Both the position numbers and the translations under genes were made by a program. Of a stretch of 64,000 nucleotides of DNA, positions 12,811 through 27,562 are shown one piece after another. Source of the stretch: the human T2T-CHM13v2.0 reference genome, Homo sapiens; the NCBI RefSeq assembly GCF_009914755.1, contig NC_060929.1, one strand, 5' to 3'. The stretch's first letter is position 1; each line of letters starts with the position of its first letter. The notes beneath the pieces are model-generated. The model saw only the letters and a program-made list of their open reading frames with translations, was not told the origin of the DNA and did no database searches.

Positions 12811-15800
12811 CCAGCCTCCAGCCCTCCAAATAGCTCTCCAGCATGAAAGGGCCAAGGCCTTCACTGGGGACCTCAGAAGGGTTTGGGGGCTCGGCACCTT
12901 CCTCCCAAGGTCACCACCCCCAAGACAAAAACTGTTTCATCAGGAATCCTCAAAGACCCTCCCAAGTCCACACACCATGCTCCGTGGGTCCTTGGCGCTG
13001 CCAGGTGACTACGACCATACCACCCTGCTCCCAGAATGTAAATGAAAGATCAGAGTGAGAAAGGATTAACAGCAACACCACCATGCTTGAATCGCCTCCT
13101 TGTCAGGCACTGCATTAAATGTTTCAGATATACAATCTTGGAGGAGCTGCACAGTAACTCTAACATGCATACTAATCTCATCTGCATTTTACAAGGGAGA
13201 AACTGAGGCTCAGGGCGGTTAAGTAACTCAGCCACGATGACCCGGCCGCAATAAGAGCCAAGATGCAAAGTCAGCCCTGCCTGCTGTGACTCTGACCCCC
13301 ACCATACTCACACAGCCAGGACACAGAGCCAGAGGGGCAGACAGGGAGTTCAAATCTCTTTGTAGGGCAGCACCATGCTATCAGGTCACCTCTGGGCAGT
13401 TTCCCTTGCCCTGCAGCATAAGAACCAATAAGGACTTGTCCAAGAGCGTCCATAGGATGGAATGGGCCAGAAAGAAAAACAAAGTTCTGATGAGAAGGAC
13501 CCCTTCTCCCAAAGACTGACAGATACAAGATGAATACACCGTGTGGGAGGCACCCACGCCCTGCTGAGCCTGCGAGGCAAAGGACAGCTACCCACACTCC
13601 CATCACAAGTCATCACCCGGCTTAGGGGTGACTTGTTTTTAACCTGAAAGGTCAGTGTTCTACAGCATAGCACAAAGTGCAGATGTTTCCACCGAACTAA
13701 GAAACAGTGTGGGGGCTGCACTTAGCACTGGAACTGGCACATAGTAAAGTACTCAAAAATGTTGGCAGACATTGGGGGTCCTTCCCCTCTGCTTGCCTCT
13801 GTCCTCACGAGGCTTGCCACCTGGTACAGCATGTGTCTGACTGGTGCGGGCATTGCCCATCTGGCTGGGAACTTCCTGAGGCAGGAGCGTACTTTGCACA
13901 TCTTTGTATTCCTGTCGGGAGCACAGGAGGGTGGGCCTTCCTTGAGAGCTGCTTGGAGTTCAAGAACAGTGAAACAGAGGGCTACAAGGGGCCTGGAGCC
14001 ACCTTGCATGACAAAGGCAGCAGTGTCCTGGTTCTTGTCCACCATTATGCATTCACCCTAAATGGAACTCACAGTCAACACCACATGAAGGCATGGGGAA
14101 TTTCTTACTCAATGTCTGCCTTGTCCTGTAGATTAGAGGCTGCATGAGGACAGGGAGCAAGTCCATCCTGTGTGCCAGGGTATCTTCAGAGTGGCCCAGA
14201 GTAGGGCCTCGGTAAACCTTGAATTCAGAGAAGTCAGACTGAAGGGAACAAGCCCTTGACCCCGACCCCGCCTCCTGCAAGGCCATGTCCAACATCCCAG
14301 AGAAAGCCTAACCCTGACCCACTGACCAGACGCACTTGGACGCCCAGACACTTCTAGAATCCAGGCTGGGCCAGCCATGCTCCCTCAGAGAGGCCCAGAT
14401 GTAAGGCGAAGGGACAAAGCAGGATGCAGGATGTGGGAACTGAAACCCACCCCACGTCCTCCAAAACACGCAACACTCAGTTTCTCTTGGCGCTGGGGAG
14501 TCAACGGGAAAGGGGTTCATGGGAAACAAAAAGTGGGCAGACAGAGCTATGCTCCCCTACTTTAGCCTCAGGGGGCAGAGCTTGGGGAGAAAGAAAGGCA
14601 GTGGGCAGAGGAGACGCAGGAGAAATATCCTATTGTGGGAAAACCCTCTCTGGAGATCAGAGGAGCCACCCCTGGAGGGCCTGGACTTCTGGAGGAAAGA
14701 AAGACAAAGAGGGAAACAGGGAATTTCCAAGTTCTGCTGACCTCATGCCCAGATGGTCAGCGGCAGTCCCTGGATGACCACTGGGCAGACGGGAACTCTC
14801 CCTCTGATCAATGAGGTTTTTATAACTTCTCCCAGAGAGAGGACTCATTCTCAGGATGACAGAGCTGGAGGGGACTCTCCAAGGGCAATGAGGCGAATCC
14901 TGCATTATCAGGTGGGAGAGAGATGCACCCAGAAACACTCAATGGATGAGGGGCTGCATTCGAACATGACGATGGCATGCACTCCCCTCTGCTGTCCACA
15001 AACCACGAGGATGTTTTCAAAGGGGAAAAGGAAGCACTGACCACTCCCCTCCATGTGGCAGTATCTGGAGTTCAGAGCCCAGGAGTCCTCGGGCATGAGC
15101 TCATCTGATTCTCACTCACGGCACAGGCAGTGCAGCAAGGCAAGGCCCTGAGCAGGGAAGGCCAAGGTCACAAAGGAGTCAGGATGGAGCTGGGACCAGA
15201 AGATCCCTGCTCTCCCTCCAGGCTGCCCACAGCCCATCCTCCATTTCCCTTCCTGCCCAGCAATCCCATGGCACACCACAGGCCCCCACCACATCTTCTC
15301 AGAGTCTCTTTCCACCTGGCCTGGTTCCACAAACTACAAATCAGCAGGTGCTCCACCAGCAGTGGGACTCCAGCCCCGCTTGCCCAAACCAGAAACAGCT
15401 GGTGGTATAGAAGCAGCCAGCGCAGACTTTCTTCCAAAACAAGACCTCAGCCAGCGGGGCCTCCACAGCCTGCCCCAGAGGGGCCCTGGGGCTGCCCGCT
15501 GGAACCAGAAAGGCCCAGTTTGGGGGCAGAAAGGGGCCCAGACAGACGGCAGGTCAGGCAACAACCACAGACCGTGAAGATGGAAGTGATGCTGCTGAAA
15601 CCGAAGGAGCCACCCACTAGCAGGCAAGCACTTGTGGGTGGCAGGGAGGCAGTAGTCCCCAGGGCTCAACTCTCAGCCTTACCCCAGAAAGAGAGGGGTA
15701 TGATAAAGACTACATTCAGAATTAAATTTACATTCTAGCTTTTGCTCTGAAATGCTTTGGTCTGTCAGATTATCTTCCCATTAGCAGTGTTCTGGTGGCT

Positions 15801-17289
15801 GGGTAGGGGGGTGGTCCCAGACCCCCCAAATGATATTCACTTGCATAGCCACTAACATTTGCAAAATACTTCATAGTGTCCCAAGCATTGTTTTTCCATC
15901 TGATTATCACAACAGCCCTGGGAAGAAGGCAGGGCTGATACCTGCCTGATGGATAAGGAAACTGAAGTCCAGCTTGGGGACTTAATCAGCCCAATTTAAT
16001 GCCTTTGGTCACTGGCTGCATCCTGGGGCCAGCTATCCCTGCAACCCTGGAGCAGGTGATGCCCTCCCTGGCCCAGAGGGAAAAGTGTAAGCAAATCTCT
16101 GGTACAGGGAGGTGGAAGGTCATCGAGGCCAACATCTACCTCCCCAGCAGAGGTGAGGGCTGCCAGGGATGCTGGCAGGTGGGCTGGCAGAGGGGGTATA
16201 GGGAAGGGGTCTCCAGGAAAGACGGCACAGAACAGAACGTCAGAGAGGTCTATTCTAGTGTCTACTCTGCTGTGTATGGAACCATGGGCTCATTCCCTCA
16301 CATGCAAGGGGAGGAGCATGGGCCACACAGAAACCGGGTGATGGCTAAAGCTGGCCTCAGGATCAAGAAGACCCAAGTCTCAGGAGCTAGCAGCAAGCTG
16401 AGGAAAGAGAGAGAGCCAGCACCATGGAAACATCGCTGCCTTGGAGGCAGGAAGAAAGGTCCACACAGGGAAAGTGCTCAAGGCCAACCTTGCGAACACG
16501 AGGCCTGAGAGGGGGCCTCACCTGCACTAGCCTCAGCTCTGTCCACCCTGTGGGCTGTGAAACCCTGGAGCAGCCACTCACCTTTCCTGAGCCTCAGGTG
16601 CCTCATCTGTAAAGCAGGAGTAATAATAGAACCTACCTGATAGAAGATCAAAGAAATTAAATGAAACAATATGTGTATAGTTGGAAGGGAATTCTCACTT
16701 TCTACTTTAGGCAATACTTCCTGATTATCTGATTTAACAAGAAACACATCTTTGTTTTATAATAAGATTTCCAAAATAATAAGAGTATACAGTAACTAGC
16801 TCAGCATTTGACACACAGCAGGTGCTTAATAAAAGGCTGAGGCAACCCCACAACTGTGCCCAGCTTATCTAAGGGCCAAGGCTTTCCCCATTTGTTCTCT
16901 CCTTTAATGGGATTTTAGGCTCTTCCGTCAGCTCAGTAAGCTAGGTTCTGGCCTCCACTTATTCTCTAGTGACCTGCATATCACCATTTAACTGTGGTTA
17001 AGCAGGGTGCCTGGACACACCATAGCTAGTGAACATGTAGCTATAAGAAGCCCTTGAACCACGATGCCACACTCACCAACAACTGGGAATCTGAGCCTCA
17101 TTTCCTCTGCTGTAAAGGGCAATATCCTGCAATTCCACCCAAGGATGAAAGGAAGTGAGATGCCATGATATCACATTGCAGACATAAACAAAAAACTGTC
17201 CACATATTTGTGTTATGATGACCTCCAGTCCTCCCCAACCAATTTCCAGGCTGGGGAAACTGCAGCCTCAGGTCCATCCATCAAAGGCC

Positions 17290-17612
17290 GGGTTGGATTT
17301 TTCAGGCAGTGAAACTACTCTGTTCAATACTGTAATGGTGGACACCTGCCATTCCACATTTGTCCAAACCCATAGAACATACACCACCAAGAGGGAACAC
17401 TGATGTAAACCATGGACTCCGGGTGACAGTGGTGTCAATGTAGATTCATCAACTGTAAAAAATCTACCACTCTGGTGGAGGATGTTGATAATGGGGGAAG
17501 CTATGCCTGTTAGGGGTGGGGGGGGCGCAGTATATGTAAAATCTCTGTACCTTCTTCTCAATTTTGCTGTGAACCTAAAACTGCTCTATAAAAAATAAGG
17601 TCTTTAATTTAA
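17290..17612 (+). mobile_element. L1M (L1MC-like) 3' end fragment
   Basis: GCAGTGAAACTACTCTG...CTCTGTACCTTCTTCTCAATTTTGCTGTGAACCTAAAACTGCTCT followed by an A-rich tail. Confidence 0.75.
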
Positions 17613-19337
17613 AAGAGAAAAGGACCAGGCTGGGCTCTCCTGATGGCTGTCAGGTTCACACATGAGTGAGGACACAGCACATACTTGAGACAGTGTGTAT
17701 TCAAGGACCGCACCCTGGCATCCTCACCAACAAGGAGCCCAGACTTAACTCCTCCATCCTTGCAATCAACTGAGCAACAATGAGGCTGCAGACACAGAGT
17801 CTCATATAGTAACAGCTGGGGCGCCAGAACTGTGGGATCTAGTCAAGGTACACTAGGGCGAACATCTTAACCCTCACTAGGCCTCAGTTACCTAAAAAGA
17901 GGGAGCTGCAAAAATAGTAATAACATGGGGGGTTGTGCGGGATAATCATTAAGGCCCCTTCCAGTTCTAACATTTCAGGATCTGAAATTTATTAGCACTA
18001 CTTTCTTTAACCTTCTAACCTTAAGAAGGCTCCAATCCCCAGCTCCAATCCCTTCTAAGGCCCAGGTGGATTTCCCTAACCCATCAGTCCTCCCATAAGA
18101 GCTTTCATAGGTGCTATCCCCTCCCCGAGGGCAGTCAGAGACCCTCAGCTGACATCCGCAGCCCTGTGCCAGGTCCTCCCCTCCTGCCTAACTTGTACCA
18201 GGCTCTGGCCAAGCCTGATCTGTGTTCCTCAACATGGCACACATCTTCCCATGTCCTTCATCCTCCCCTCCCGAGTCACCCACAAAGAAGGCCCCACTGT
18301 CTCCACTCAGCCTCCGAGGCCCAGATTACACACCACCCGCTAAACACCTGAGCCAGAATTCACACTGCAAAAGAGGACTGGAGAGCACCTAACTAAGCTG
18401 GAGAGAGGGTGACAGTTCGTTAGGCGCTACCGTATGCCAGGTGCTGGGCCGCATCATGACGCACATGACCTCATTTTCTTCTTGCCACACAGATATGGAA
18501 ATTATCATCCACACTTTCCAGCAAGGAAACCAGTCGACGCAGCTACATGGATGAGGAAGCAGACTCAGAGAAGTTAAGTCATTTGCCTGAGAATACACAG
18601 CTGGTTAGTGGTAGAACAAATAATGCAGCCTCAATCTGTCAGATTCCAACATCAGTGCCCTTTCCACTGCTCTACACTGCCTGGAGAGGCGGCAGGCTGA
18701 AGCTCAGAGGTGGGAAACCAGACCTACTTTCCAGTTCTCCAGAACGTGCCCCAAGTTCCTAGCCCCTGCCTTTATATGTCTCTAGCTTTATATGCAACCA
18801 GGTGGCAATCTGCCCCACATCACCTGCAGTCAACAGGGTTTAGAATCTCAGGCTGGAAGGGAGCTCAGAGGACATTCCATCCTGTGCTTACCCAGTCCTC
18901 TGAGGAGCCCAGGGACTCCAGCTGGCCAACTTTAGCAATCCAGATCTCACCAACTTCCTCCCCAAAACAATTCCTGGGGCAGCCAGCACTGGCTACAGTT
19001 AGGCTGCTCCCAGTTCTGTTTCCACTGGCCCTTCTCTCCCCTCTGTGGTCCCCTGGAATAAGGAACAAGATGCCCATCTTCAGCATGACAGCCAGCCCTG
19101 AGGACATTTGGAACCTGCAGCCTTCTCTATACTGTTCCACATAGGGACTGCCCCCCCTCCAGTCCCCCACCAACCCTCTACCCCACACTATCTCTAGTTG
19201 GTTCTAGCACTGGACCCAACATTCCAGGCATGGTTTGCCTGACCAAATGCAGGCTTTCACCTCCACCCTTTTAGGTAGTATATTCCTATTGAGGGAGCCT
19301 GGGTATACATTTGCTTTTCTTACAGCTGAGTCACCTA

Positions 19338-19751
<414 letters not shown>

Positions 19752-20127
19752 TTACCTAAGGGGGCAGAAGTAACTGATTGATTCAGTAATACCCTATCTA
19801 GGAATCTAGAGATCTTTGCATCAGTACACAGAAGCTGGACAAAAATATGCACTGCCACATGCTTTGTAATAGACATTTTTGCTATTCTTGAATGTCCATC
19901 AAGAAGGGACTGGTTAAACAAACCACCATTCATTCGATGGAATACTATACAGCCATCAAAAAGAATGGGGTAGATTGCTTGGCAATGATACAGAAAGATG
20001 CCCATAAAATACAAAGCAAAGTGCAGATTTATATGTGTAACAGGATGCTATTTTTTTCAAAAACACATTGTGTGTGTGTGTGTATACATACGGAATCTTA
20101 AATGTGCATAGAAAAAGGCCTGGAAGC

Positions 20128-20413
20128 CCAGTGCTTTGGGAGGCCAAGGTGGGAGGATTGCTTGAGGCCAGGGGTTCAAGACCAGCCTGGGCAAAAAGCA
20201 AGAATAGATTCTCTATTAAAAAAAAACTTTTTTACATTAGCAGAGCATGGTGGCACATGCCTGGAGTCCCAGCTACTCGGAAAGTTGAGGTGGGAGGATC
20301 ACTTGAGCCCAGCAGTTCAGGCTACAGTGAGCTATGATCATGCCACTGAACTCCAGCCTGAGTGACAGACTAATACTCTGTCTCTTAAAAAAAAGAAAAG
20401 AAGAAAAGAAAAA
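20128..20413 (+). mobile_element. AluJ, 5'-truncated, among old L1M fragments
   Basis: CCCAGTGCTTTGGGAGGCCAAGG through to an (AAAAG)n tail; flanks at about 19780-20100 and 21140-21280 are L1M-like. Confidence 0.8.
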
Positions 20414-21286
20414 AGTCTCAAAGGATACATACCAAACTGCTACTAGTAGACTGCTCTACAGAAGGACCTCGGTAAGGAACTAAAACCAAAAGAAACTTTT
20501 ATTTTACCTATGCTATTTTAACTCTTTACATGGGAAATCTAGTCCTGTTCTTATACAATTATAAAATTAGTTTTTAAATACAGTAGGGACAGAGGAAGGG
20601 GAAAGGAAGGAGAGAGAAGACAACTGTCATTTTTTACATTATATCTTTTGTACTGCTTGAGTTTTGGGGGGTTTTTCCCCAATAATCATGTGCTATTTGG
20701 TAATTTTTTTTAAAGGGAAATTTTAAAATATTTTTCTAAAAAATTTAAGTGAGCTGAGTGCAGTGGTGCATGCCTGTAGTCCCAGCTACTCCAGAGACAG
20801 ACGCAGGAGGATGGCCTGAAACCAGAGTTTATCTAACCCTGTAACTCCCCTGCCTCCAAGAGGTAAGATGCCAATTTTGGGGAATTCCTCTTATACAAAA
20901 TATGGTGGAAAGAGGGTTTCACAGATTCAAATCCTGGCTATGATCCCTTCTCGAATGACCCTGGGTAGGCCTCACTTTCCTTGTTTCTCCCTATGGAAAT
21001 GTTATGAGGACCAAGTAGGAACCATAGAGTTCTCTGTAAACCTTAAAATGCTACCCAGACAGGAGCAGTAATGGCTGCCAAGGAGCTAGGAAGGAAAAGG
21101 GGCTGGACAGGGGCTGAGGTACTCAGATGAAAGCCAAAGATGCCTTGTGTTAACAACAAAAAGCTGAAAGCTACCTAAAATGAAGAGAAAAATGAATAAA
21201 TACATTGTGGCAATTTCCTATCAGGAAATACTATACAGCAGTGAAAAAAGAATGAGCCACAGCTGGAGATACGAACATGAATGAAT

Positions 21287-21563
21287 CTGGGTCTCACTCT
21301 GTTGCCCAGGCTGGAGTGCAGTGGCATGATCTCAGTTCACTGCAACTTCCACCTCCCAGCCCAAGTCATCCTCCCACCTTAGCCTCTCAAGTAGCTGGAA
21401 CTACAGGCATGCGCCACCACACCCAGCTAATTTTTGTATTGTTTGCAGAGATGGGTTTTGGCCATGTTGCCCAAGCTGGTCTCAAACTCCTGGGCTCAAG
21501 AGATCCACCTGCCTGCTCTGCCTCCCAAAGTGCCAGTAAGGCATGAGTCACCACGCTCAGCCT
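21287..21563 (-). mobile_element. AluJ
   Basis: Antisense Alu from GGGTCTCACTCTGTTGCCCAGG to CCACGCTCAGCC. Confidence 0.87.
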
Positions 21564-21844
21564 AAATAACATTTTTAAACATAAAAAAATACTATGTATT
21601 ATTTAGGGATGCACACATTAAAAAAAAAACTTTAAAGAAATGCAAGAAAAAAACCCCACTAAATTCAGAACACTTGTTTCTTGTTGGTGGCTGATGAAGG
21701 AGAAATTTCAACTGATTGGAAATGTGTTATTTCTTAAACCAGATGAGTGAGCATGTAGGTGCCTGCGTGTTACCCTCGGTATCTGAGAGACTCCTTCAAT
21801 TTTTCTTTTTTCTTTTTACTGTATTGTTTGCTTTTTTTCTGCTT

Positions 21845-22110
21845 CAACTTTTATTTTAGATTCGGGGGGTACATGTGCAGGTTTGCTACCTGGGTATACT
21901 GCGTGATTTGGGTAGGGGTGATCCCATCACCTGGGTACTGAGCATAGTTCCCAACAGTTTTTCAACTCTGCCTCCCTCCCTCCCCACTCTAGCAGTCCCC
22001 AGTGTCTACTGTTGCCATCTTTATGTCCATGAGGACCTGATATTTAGCTCCACTTATAAGTGAGAAAATGCAGCATTTGGTTTTCTGTTCCTGTGTTAAT
22101 GTGCTTAGGA
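21845..22110 (-). mobile_element. L1PA (older primate L1) 3' end
   Basis: TTTTATTTTAGATTCGGGGGGTACATGTGCAGGTTTG...AGCTCCACTTATAAGTGAGAAAATGCAG, an antisense L1PA 3'UTR. Confidence 0.85.
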
Positions 22111-23480
22111 CAATATTTTCTAAAAGTCTATGTTGCCAGTTTCCTGAGGACCAGATCACGCAGGAGTTGCACCTGCAGAGACAGAAGTGGGCTGGAGAGG
22201 GACCAGGGCTCCTAAGTCTGCTGCTGAAGCTGACTATAGCGAAGGCAAAGGACAAGTGGCCTGAAGGCCAACAGAGAGCCTGGCCAATGCTCTGCCCAGT
22301 GGGTGGAGACTGAGCCAAAGGCCCTTGACTCATAGGGCAGTCCCATACCTGCCCTGGCCTCTCAGCATGACTCCTTGGTGACACAACTCCCACAGCACCC
22401 ACACACCTACACCCACCTACCCCACACACACACCCCTGCCTGGGCTGCCCGGTTTGTCCACTGTGTAGGTGCTCAAGGACGCAGAGCTCCTGCCTCTCAA
22501 GGAACAGCCTCAGGGTGAGGTCCCTGGGAGAGAAGAGTTCAGCTCTGCCCAGAGCAGCCCTCAGACAAACAGCCAGCTGCTGCTCACCAGTCATCCATTC
22601 CAATCTGAAGAGTGACTGTCCTGGGCCAGTCATGGGAAAATCATCAAGAACTTCCCACAATGGTCATGGTGGCCGCCAAGGTCTTTCTCTGGGGGTTGGG
22701 AGCTGTGCTCCCCCACAAAACAAGGGGACCCAGCTGCCCTGTGCCTTCCTGTGGCAACTCTCTGGAGGATGCCTGGATACCCTCCCTACAGACGGCCAGG
22801 GATAGGAGGGGCAGGCACTGCAGGCATGTGGGGGCATAGCAGCAAGAATCTAGGAGGGCAGGCACAGCAAGGCCTGGCCCAGAGGGAAACCAGGAGCTGC
22901 CAGAGCCAAAGAGAGGGTGACCCAATCATTGGTTGTTATAGAGTTTTTAAGACTTGGAAGAGAATGCCCTGAGATGCCAGAGAGTGAAACATTTTCATTC
23001 TAAAGCTGGGAAACCAAAGTCGGCAAAGGCGAACAGACGTGCCCACAGCCACATGGGACAGCAGTGGCACAGAAGAAATGCACACCTCGTCCTCTGGTGG
23101 CCACTGTGCACTCTCTTACCACACCATGCTACTGCTCAACCTCTCCCCCTCCCTCACAGTGGTCAGGTAAGCAATGAGGGAAAATGATGGAGGTGAGAAA
23201 GGAAGAACCCGGGCTGATGTGGGCCCACAAAAGAAAGAAGTCTGGAATAACACTGGAAGGGGCTGCCTACGAGGTGGAAAGCGCCCTGATCCCAGGGGTC
23301 GGGGTCACGCAGAGGGGCACTGGGGCTGTTGAGGGAATGCAAGCCAGGTGTCTTCAAAGCCCCACCCACATCTGAGTTTCCGCCACTCCAAACAGGGACA
23401 GATGTTTGAGACAAAGCAAAGGACAACTCATCCAGAGGGGACACAGCATGGACCACAAGTGGCAGAGGGTTGAAGGCAAG

Positions 23481-23826
23481 TGTCTTAGTCTGCTTTCTGC
23501 AACTATTCTGTTGAATATCACAGACTGGGTAATTTATAAAGAACAAGTTTATTTGGCTCATGGTTCTGGATGATGAGAAATCCAAGTGCATGACACCACC
23601 ATCTGACAAGGGTCATGCCAAGGTGGAAGACAGAAGGAGAAAATGAGTGATTGAAATAGAGAGTGTATTAGCCAAACTGGCCCCTTTTATAACTAACCTC
23701 CCGTCCCCCTACCCCGTGATAGTGACATTAATCTATTTATGAGGGCAGAGCTGACAATCCATTCATGAAGCAGAGGGATTACGTTTCCAAGATATGAACT
23801 TTTGGGGGACACATTCAAACCTTAGC
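23481..23826. mobile_element. MaLR solo LTR (MST/MLT1A-like)
   Basis: TGTCTTAGTC...GGGTAATTTATAAAGAACAAGTTTATTTGGCTCATGGTTCTGG...TTTTGGGGGACACATTCAAACC, typical MaLR LTR ends. Confidence 0.8.
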
Positions 23827-24819
23827 AGCAAGTTATCCAGAGCACAGAAAATCAAACCAGTCTCATCATCTTCTACTGGAATCCTGTCAATAGCCTCATG
23901 ATTAGCATCATTAACGATAATAGCAGCGACCCTGTACCAAGCGCTTACCACACTGGTGGCCCGTGCTGAGTGCTTGCCACACACTATCCCATTAATTCCC
24001 ACCATTCTAGGAGGTAGCATTGACGTCATACAGAGCTGACAGGTGAGGATGCAGAGGCCCAGAGTGACAGACACGGCACCTACCCAGGTCTGCCAAGCAC
24101 TGAATCATGTGCTCTTCACCAGGGGTGCTCAAGGAGCAGCCCGGACCAGCGGCACTGGCACCACCACCATCCACTGGATCGGATGCTCTGGAGTTGCAGC
24201 CCAGCAATCTGTGTTTAACAACCACCCTCTACCTCCATCCCCAGGATTGTGATGCATGCTCATGTTTGTGAACCAACTGCTCTGACCATTTCCCAATGCT
24301 GCTAAGGAGAAAAATCAACATTTCTATGTCTGGTATCAAAATCTTTTAGGGTCTTTCCCAGGCCAACTGGTCAATTCTCCCAACCGAGGAGAGGCTGATT
24401 CCAGTTATTGTGACTAGTCTACTAAGTTCCAGAAGAGACCCAGGTTCCACTCTGCACTTTGTCATTTTTTTAGGGTCTGACCTTGAAGTCACTTCCCTCC
24501 AGAAGACCCCTCCAACCATCTGGTGCCCCCAAATTACTCTGCACTCCAGTTATACCTATGCCAATCCGACTCATTTGGCACTTACTGGCACACAATGCCT
24601 TTCAGGTCACACTCATAGCACATCTCCCCATTTGACCAAAAGTTCCTGGAAGGCAAAGCCAGCTCCTTACGCACCTGTGCATCAAGAACACTGCATGGCA
24701 CTGGGCACAGGAGTCATCAGGAAATGATGCTTGGGAGAGCGCTAGGAGAGCACTCTGGTTCTCCTCCTGCCTTCTCATCTCTAGGCCTTAATTTCCTCAT
24801 TTGTGAAATGTGCCATTAT

Positions 24820-25300
24820 TCTACTCATTCACTGAACAAACTCAGAAGAGCCATCCACCAGGCACTCTTCTCCCGCTACAGAAATACACTCGAGAGGACT
24901 AAGGAGGTCCCTGCTCACCCCCTTCTATTCTAGGAAAAGAGAAAGACAGTAAACAAATAAACACTAAAAATAACAATTTGCCAGACACTAAGTTCTATAC
25001 ATATGCTTTCTCATTCGCAAATAAGATTCTTTCATAGCATGATACACGTATGAGAAAAATAAAATAGTAACGTGACAGAAAGTGAAAAAAGGGGCTGCTT
25101 TGCATAAAAAGATCAGGGAAGGCCCCTCTGAGGAGCTGACATTTGAGCTGAGACTTGATCGATAAGGAAAAACCAGCCATGGGAAAAACGGGGAAAGATG
25201 TCCTGGGCAGAGGGAACAGCATGTATGAAAGCCTAAGGATGAGAACAAGCTTGGCTTGCTGGAGGGGGAAAAGCAGGCCAGCATGGTGTGACCAAATCAC
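24820..25300 (-). mobile_element. L2 fragment
   Basis: GATCAGGGAAGGCCCCTCTGAGGAGCTGACATTTGAGCTGAGAC...GGCAGAGGGAACAGCATGT signature. Confidence 0.7.
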
Positions 25301-25827
25301 AGCGGGTACAGGAGTAAAACAGTAACCAGTGGGTTGGAGAGAGAGGCAGACAAACAACCTCCTACAACGCTGCCTCTCTCAAATCAGGTCGGCCTGACCC
25401 AACCAGGACATCCGGGCCCCAAGTCACAGGCAGCACTGGGGGTAAGGGTATGACTCAGACCCCACAGCTTCCTGGGGCCCCGAAAAAACTGGTGGGGGTA
25501 TCCAGGGGCAGGCATCAACCTTCAGCATGAGTGCCATGCCATACCCATGGAACACCCAAGGCTGGGAGACAAACGTGGTTACATAAGCGTGTAGAACACT
25601 GCACACTCCCAGCGGCAGCTTCCAGAGGGGCATGATCACGTGCTTCCATGAAGTGCCAGTCCCTGATCACATTATTTTCCCGGGACACAGCCAGGACAGC
25701 AGCCTTGGTCAGGGGAAAGGGAACAGGGTCCAGGATTCAAGCGTTGCTAGTCTTGGGAAAGCCTTAACCTTCTCTGGGCCTCAGTTTCCTCATCTGAAAA
25801 TTAAGAGTTGTTAGAAAGATTAAGTGA

Positions 25828-26120
25828 GGCCGGGCGGGGCGGCTCACACCTGTGATCCCAGCACTTTAGGAGGCTGAGACGGGCGGATCACTTGAGGTCA
25901 GGAGTTTGAGACCAGCCTGGCCAACATGGTGAAACTGTCTCTACTCAAAATACAAAAAAATTAGCCGGGGATGGTGGCGAGTGCCTGTAATCCCAGCTAC
26001 TCGGGAGGCTGAGGTAGGAGAATCGCTTGAACCTGGGAGGCAAGTTGCCGTGAGCCGAGATCGTGCCACTGCACTCCAGCCTGGGTAACAGAGTGAGACT
26101 CTGTCTCAAAAAAAAAAAAA
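25828..26120 (+). mobile_element. AluS inserted into a MIR
   Basis: Full dimer; target-site duplication AAAGATTAAGTGA / AAAGATTAAATGA. Confidence 0.93.
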
Positions 26121-27365
26121 AGATTAAATGAGATACGGAATGTAAGCACTGTGCCTGGCACATAGTAAGCTATTAGCATTATCAGTTTTTTCACTGCCTC
26201 AGTTTCTTCTGTTGCAAAACAGAGACCACCACGGGGATGCTGAGTTTGTACTAATATTCTACCCTCCTAATACAATTCTACCCTCCTTTGTCAAGGATTT
26301 TTTTAAAACATTCTGAGTCCCCTTTTCTGACCTCTCATCAGATGCCGAATTCCCCTCTATCACACCCCATTGTTTGGAAAATGAGTAAGTGCTGATTAAA
26401 TCCCATTTTGACCGTACTGTGAGAAAAAAATGATGCATTAGGAATCTACACATTTCCCTGCACTGTCATTCTGCAAGGGGGTGGGGAAGGACGTTGCTGA
26501 TTCTTCTGCATCATCCACAAAAGTCCCTCCCTCCCCCTACCAAAACACAATCTCTCACCCAGTCGCACAAAATTCCCATCTGCTCCTGTACGCACAATGA
26601 ATGTACAATGCACACGTGCACACAAATGTCCTACAGTGGAAAGCTCAGCCTTCATACTCCATCCCCAGAAGCACTCCTGGAAACTCATCCATCCTGCACA
26701 TGCACACAAATGCCTCCAACAATGTGCATACAAAATATGTTCAACAGAAATAGTATAGTAGGAACTCTGGAGCCAAATGCCTGAGTTCATATCTGACTTT
26801 GCAACTCACAGCTGTGTGACCTCAAGCTCCAAGTACCTCGGTTTCCTAAAGTATAAAATGGAGATAATAACAATATTAATGTTTAGGATGGAAGTGACAA
26901 TTAAATGAGTCTAATACACGTACAGCGTTAAGATCAGCACTTGGAAAGCGCCCAATAAAAATTATTATTTTCCTCCTCGTGACATATGTACACTGCTTCC
27001 ACAACTTGATACGAAAACTCCTGACGCCGCGTAGGCAACTCGTCTCCACAGGATAGACACCCAAAGGGCCGCAGCGCCGCCCGCACCCGGAGGGTCTGCG
27101 CTCTCTACAACCGCCCCACGCCGTTCCCAGGCGTGCTACCCCGCGCAGTGCGCACGCGCGCCCCCCACCAGGCCCAGCGCCAAGCAGGGAGTAGCGGCTC
27201 AGCCCGGCTTGGCCGCTGGCGGAGACGCCCCGGGACCCCGCGCGCCGGGCCTGGGTGCACAAGCCACCTTCCCCAGCTCGCTCCCCGCCGCCACCGAGGC
27301 TCTGGACGATCTGGGCCTGGCCTCCCTTCCTCCCCTCCATCCCCGCTCCGGGCCGGCCGGCTTAC

Positions 27366-27520
27366 CCGAGGACGGGGAGCTTGGGGACACAGCGCCCCGC
27401 TTGCTGCGTCCAGCCCCGAATCCAGGGACGGGGCAGCGGCCCGGGCAAGGCTCCGGCCCCCCGTAGCACTCCTAGGGCTCCTGGACGGGGGCAGGGCACC
27501 CGGGCCGAGGACGAGGAAGT
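27366..27520 (-). other. TNIP1: TNIP1 main non-coding exon 1 (5' end approximate)
   Basis: CGG|GTAAGC donor at 27364-27365 inside the CpG island; no ATG in the exon. The TSS is inferred near the ETS motif at about 27513-27520. Confidence 0.8.
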
Positions 27521-27551
27521 GCCGGGGGCCTGGCCGGGCCGCCCCACCCCT

Positions 27552-27562
27552 GGGAAAGTCCC
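27552..27562 (-). promoter_or_regulatory. NF-kappaB site GGGACTTTCCC in the proximal TNIP1 promoter
   Basis: The plus strand reads GGGAAAGTCCC, the reverse complement of the canonical Ig-kappa/HIV kappaB site. TNIP1 is an established NF-kappaB feedback target. Confidence 0.8.

Noticed and set aside
15130-15738. 202-aa plus-strand ORF in TNIP1 intron 1
   Set aside because: GTG start, low-complexity P/R/S composition, no recognisable domain or exon structure.
18793-18812. CTCF-like motif CAACCAGGTGGCAA (also weak matches near 3632 and 23950)
   Set aside because: Only partial matches; cannot be supported without ChIP data.
21989-22660. 223-aa minus-strand ORF
   Set aside because: Non-ATG start; runs through a CA-rich tract into an L1 3'UTR; no homology recognised.
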